From an uncultured Erysipelotrichaceae bacterium (GTDB lineage Bacteria > Bacillota_I > Bacilli_A > Erysipelotrichales > Erysipelotrichaceae), in NCBI GenBank assembly GCA_964401865.1, contig CAYNZZ010000004.1, positions 60,001 to 92,000 on the forward strand: DNA of 32,000 nucleotides, in the 5' to 3' direction. The notes below the pieces were generated by a model, which was given only the letters and a program-made list of their open reading frames with translations, ran no database searches and was not told where the DNA came from. Position 1 is the first letter of the stretch; the number at the start of each line of letters is the position of its first letter. Shown here piece by piece: positions 28,906 to 32,000 of this stretch. A program made the translations under genes and the position numbers.

Positions 28906-30183
28906 ATGAAACAAGCTTATATTAATGGAATAATACTAGATGGTACAAAAGATATGAAACCTGTATCAGGTAAAATGATTTTGTGTAATGATGGAATAAT
29001 CGAAAGCATCGAAAATCAAAGAGATATTTCTGATTATGAAATAATAGATTTGAAGAATAGATATATCATGCCTGGGCTTATCAATTTACATGTTCATTTA
29101 CCAGCGACTGGTAAACCACAAAAGAAACCAACCGATCCTAAGAAACTTATCAAGTTAGTTGGCTTAAATAGCTTGACCAAAAAGATTGGCGAAAAAATCT
29201 GCGAAAAAAGTGCTAAGACTCAATTATTGAGTGGCACCACAACCATTAGAACAGTGGGTGGAGCTTTTGATTACGATACGATTATTAGAGATAAGATTGC
29301 GAATAAGGAAATAATTGGACCTAGAATTTTAGCTAGTAATATGGCTATCTCGGTTCCTGAAGGTCATATGGCAGGTTCACTTGCCTATATTGCACATGAT
29401 GAAAATGAGACTAGTAATTATGTAGAGATGATAGCTAAAGATAAACCTGATTTAATTAAACTTATGATAACTGGTGGCGTCTTGGATGCTAAAGTAAAGG
29501 GAGAACCAGGCGAGCTTAAAATGAGTGCAGAACTTGTTAAAGCAGCATGTGATAAAGCTCATGAATTAGGATTGGTTGTGGCGAGCCATGTCGAAAGTCC
29601 GGAAGGGGTAAAGGTAGCTTTGAAAAATGGTGTTGATACGATTGAGCACGGTGCCAAACCTGATGAAGAGATGATTAGTTTATTTAAAGAAAGAAACGCA
29701 TCGTTAGTTACCACTTTATCCCCAGCCTTGCCATTTGCACTATTTGATCAAAGTGTTTCCAATGCTTCAGACATCGAAAAATACAATGGCAATATTGTTT
29801 TTGAAGGAATTATCGATTGTGCAAAAACCTGTTTAAAAGAAGATATAAAAGTTGGTTTGGGAACTGATACTGGTTGCCCGTATGTAACTCATTATAATAT
29901 GTGGCGCGAATTAAATTATTTTCACAACTATTGCGATGTATCTAATAGTTTTGCTCTATATACCGCAACCTTAGTTAACGCAGAAATTGCTAAGATTAGC
30001 CATATGGTAGGTTCGATTGAAAATGGTAAATGCGCCGATTTTATTGTCACTAAAGAAAATCCATTAGATAATCTTTGTGCTTTAAGGAATATTGACATGG
30101 TTGTTAAGGATGGAAAAATAATAAATAATCCAACCGTTAAAAAAATGGATAATGTCGAAAGGGAATTAGATAAATTTATCTAA
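28906..30183 (+). CDS. Metal-dependent amidohydrolase family protein
   Basis: 425 aa with the N-terminal HxH metal motif (LINLHVHL). Later His/Asp ligands (SHVES, IEHG, GTDTG) follow the amidohydrolase superfamily layout. Confidence 0.85.
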   Translation: MKQAYINGIILDGTKDMKPVSGKMILCNDGIIESIENQRDISDYEIIDLKNRYIMPGLINLHVHLPATGKPQKKPTDPKKLIKLVGLNSLTKKIGEKICEKSAKTQLLSGTTTIRTVGGAFDYDTIIRDKIANKEIIGPRILASNMAISVPEGHMAGSLAYIAHDENETSNYVEMIAKDKPDLIKLMITGGVLDAKVKGEPGELKMSAELVKAACDKAHELGLVVASHVESPEGVKVALKNGVDTIEHGAKPDEEMISLFKERNASLVTTLSPALPFALFDQSVSNASDIEKYNGNIVFEGIIDCAKTCLKEDIKVGLGTDTGCPYVTHYNMWRELNYFHNYCDVSNSFALYTATLVNAEIAKISHMVGSIENGKCADFIVTKENPLDNLCALRNIDMVVKDGKIINNPTVKKMDNVERELDKFI

Positions 30184-30224
30184 TTCTTTTATTTATGTAT
30201 GATAATATATAGATAAATATCAAT

Positions 30225-30518
30225 ATGAATAGTATAGATAAAGAAAATTTTGAAATTAACTCAATGATTATGAAGGCTTTTTCAGATCCTTGGCGCTTAA
30301 AGATTCTCAAAATATTGAAAGACGAACCTAAAAATGCCTCAGAATTATTGAGCTATTTAAACATCACTCAACCAACTCTATCTCATCACATGAGAATTTT
30401 ATTAAATTCCGGAATTGTGAAAGCAAATAAAAGGGGCAAATGGTCATATTACAGTCTAAATTGTGAGATGTTAAAGGAAGTTTCTAAGTATATTAGCGAT
30501 ATATCTAAAGATTATTAG
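30225..30518 (+). CDS. ArsR/SmtB-family transcriptional regulator
   Basis: 97 aa with FSDPWRLKILKIL...ASELLSYLNITQPTLSHHMRILLNSGIV, which is the canonical ArsR wHTH. Confidence 0.85.
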   Translation: MNSIDKENFEINSMIMKAFSDPWRLKILKILKDEPKNASELLSYLNITQPTLSHHMRILLNSGIVKANKRGKWSYYSLNCEMLKEVSKYISDISKDY

Positions 30519-30567
30519 ACAAAAGATGATTATGCAGATATAATGCTTTAAAGGATAAGGGGAAAAT

Positions 30568-31143
30568 ATGGAAGCTTTAAAAGAAAAAATAAAAAAAGAA
30601 GGGTCTGTCGCTATTGGCAATGTTTTAAAAGTTGATAGCTTTTTAAATCATCAGGTCGATATTAAATTCTTAAATGAGATAGGTAAAGAATTTAGACGCC
30701 TATTTCCAAGTAAAAAAATAAATAAGATATTAACTATTGAGTCATCGGGCATAGGTATTGCCTGTATTGCTGCTCAATATTTTGACTGTCCGGTTGTGTT
30801 CGCCAAGAAATCGCAAAGTATAAATATTGATGGAGAATGTTATCGCACTAATATCGAATCTTTTACGCACAAATGTATTTATCATGTGATGGTATCAAAA
30901 AAGTATTTATCTAGTGGGGATAATGTTTTGATTATCGATGATTTCTTAGCTAATGGCAATGCAATGATCGGACTTATTGATATTGTTAATAAGAGTGGCG
31001 CCACATTGGAAGGTGCTGGTATTGTAATTGAAAAAGCCAACCAAGTAGGTGGCATGATTATTAGAAATAAGGGTGTGAATTTACATTCGCTAGCCATCAT
31101 TGAATCGATGAAAGATGGCGAAATCAAGTTTAAAGACGAATAG
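30568..31143 (+). CDS. xpt: Xanthine phosphoribosyltransferase
   Basis: 191 aa. The N-terminus LKEKIKKEGSVAIGNVLKVDSFLNHQVD and the PRPP-binding loop VLIIDDFLANGNA fit Xpt. A GGGGA SD is present. Confidence 0.9.
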   Translation: MEALKEKIKKEGSVAIGNVLKVDSFLNHQVDIKFLNEIGKEFRRLFPSKKINKILTIESSGIGIACIAAQYFDCPVVFAKKSQSINIDGECYRTNIESFTHKCIYHVMVSKKYLSSGDNVLIIDDFLANGNAMIGLIDIVNKSGATLEGAGIVIEKANQVGGMIIRNKGVNLHSLAIIESMKDGEIKFKDE

Positions 31144-32000
31144 GACCTTGTAATTCTTTTTTGAGTAAAAGCTGTCTTTTTTCTTCGCTGAATAAAGAAG
31201 AGTATAATAAACTACTTTTCCATTCTAGAATACGATGTTCTAATGGGATAGTCTTAAAATTAGAAATAATTGGAGAATCATCATGATTTAGTTCGTGAAG
31301 AATTTTTCGACCGATATCATCAAAACCTAACACTCTAGCGTAAAGAGTGTTTTTTACATCTTCGATTTCTTTCTTAGTTGTGTGAGTCATGATACTAATC
31401 AATGTTCTTTGTATGCGAGCTTTTGTATATCTTTTAGAAGTTAGAGAATTGATGAAATCATCATAGTTATTATATTTGAAAGCACTATCCTTGAAACTTT
31501 TTTCAATACCTTCATTTACTAAGTGGTAGTTTCTTAATTCTTCAATGTCGCTTAAAAGTAAGACATTTCTAAGGTATGGATATAGCTCATCATTAAAATG
31601 TGGATCATCAACAATTAAAGGAGTGGCAACTTTATAATTTTCATCGTTATTTTTCAATGCTTTTCTGATAGCGGTGGCAGATGAAATACTGTTTATATCT
31701 ATGCTATGATATTCATTGGTTCTCTGTATACTTATAGGTTTTATATCGCTATTAGATATAGCTTTTAAGTATGATATAGCTAAGATGTCATTAGGATATA
31801 AAGAACCATTTAATAGACCGTAAGCTTTTGGATAGCTAACACCGGTTTTCATAATTTCTTTTAAATAATCGACATTGATCGATGAATTGGCAATGGTATT
31901 TAGTTCTTCGATATTGTTGGTTTCTGAACCGAATACTAAATAGTTAATGCCTAGCAGTTTTAATATTTCAACACTTTTTTGCCCAAAAATCGATGCATTT
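31130..32000 (-). CDS. tmcAL: YlbM/TmcAL-family nucleotidyltransferase (tRNA(Met) cytidine acetate ligase-like); 5' end lies beyond the window
   Basis: The frame stays open upstream of the ORF-track Met. My minus-strand translation of 31853-32000 gives ...FGQKSVEILKLLGINYLVFGSETNNIEELNTIANSSINVDYLKEI-MKTGVSYPKAYG. This matches the UPF0348 family layout. Confidence 0.7.
   Translation of the reverse strand, partial: NASIFGQKSVEILKLLGINYLVFGSETNNIEELNTIANSSINVDYLKEIMKTGVSYPKAYGLLNGSLYPNDILAISYLKAISNSDIKPISIQRTNEYHSIDINSISSATAIRKALKNNDENYKVATPLIVDDPHFNDELYPYLRNVLLLSDIEELRNYHLVNEGIEKSFKDSAFKYNNYDDFINSLTSKRYTKARIQRTLISIMTHTTKKEIEDVKNTLYARVLGFDDIGRKILHELNHDDSPIISNFKTIPLEHRILEWKSSLLYSSLFSEEKRQLLLKKELQGPIRL

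Noticed and set aside
30519-30567. Purine riboswitch upstream of xpt
   Set aside because: The interval is only 49 nt, and the conserved P1-P2-P3 junction sequence could not be found by eye.

Overview
AT-rich Bacillota-type chromosomal segment; an Erysipelotrichia-like gut organism is only a guess from composition and synteny. Positions 1-20419 are a co-directional + strand housekeeping backbone: rny-ymdB, an FAD oxidoreductase, a Bce-type peptide-antibiotic sensing/detoxification module (OmpR-type response regulator, intramembrane-sensing kinase, MacB-type ATPase, 10-TM FtsX permease), Asp23 and DAK2 genes, a GntR/YtrA-type regulator with an ABC ATPase and polytopic membrane protein, ligA-gatCAB, a small membrane-anchored protein, and an RlmD/RumA-type methyltransferase. 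Directly after the rlmD stop codon the composition changes (G+C visibly higher by eye, not computed) for about 6.5 kb (~20.4-26.9 kb). This island holds: (i) a ~270-nt non-coding leader with five in-phase degenerate AGATGK repeats; (ii) a two-gene cassette I cannot assign to any named system, namely a 309-aa protein with an N-terminal Cys4 HNH-like motif and a 429-aa membrane-anchored helical protein; (iii) a convergent, translationally coupled serine-recombinase trio, of which one 522-aa gene is intact, one is a 139-aa accessory, and one is a 5'-truncated pseudogene with a nonsense and a frameshift lesion; (iv) an abrupt junction to the C-terminal Zn-ribbon remnant of a DUF1998/MZB helicase-associated protein, followed by a broken GNAT gene. 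I read this as a decayed integrative element or defence-island remnant at the rlmD 3' end. The HNH-like plus membrane-protein pair and its repeat leader is the best candidate for an undescribed (defence or abortive-infection-like) system. The remainder (27.2-32.0 kb) returns to low G+C: GNAT, SWIM zinc-finger protein, amidohydrolase, ArsR regulator, xpt, and a partial convergent TmcAL/YlbM-type nucleotidyltransferase. All functional calls rest on motifs read by eye from the supplied translations; no database search was run.
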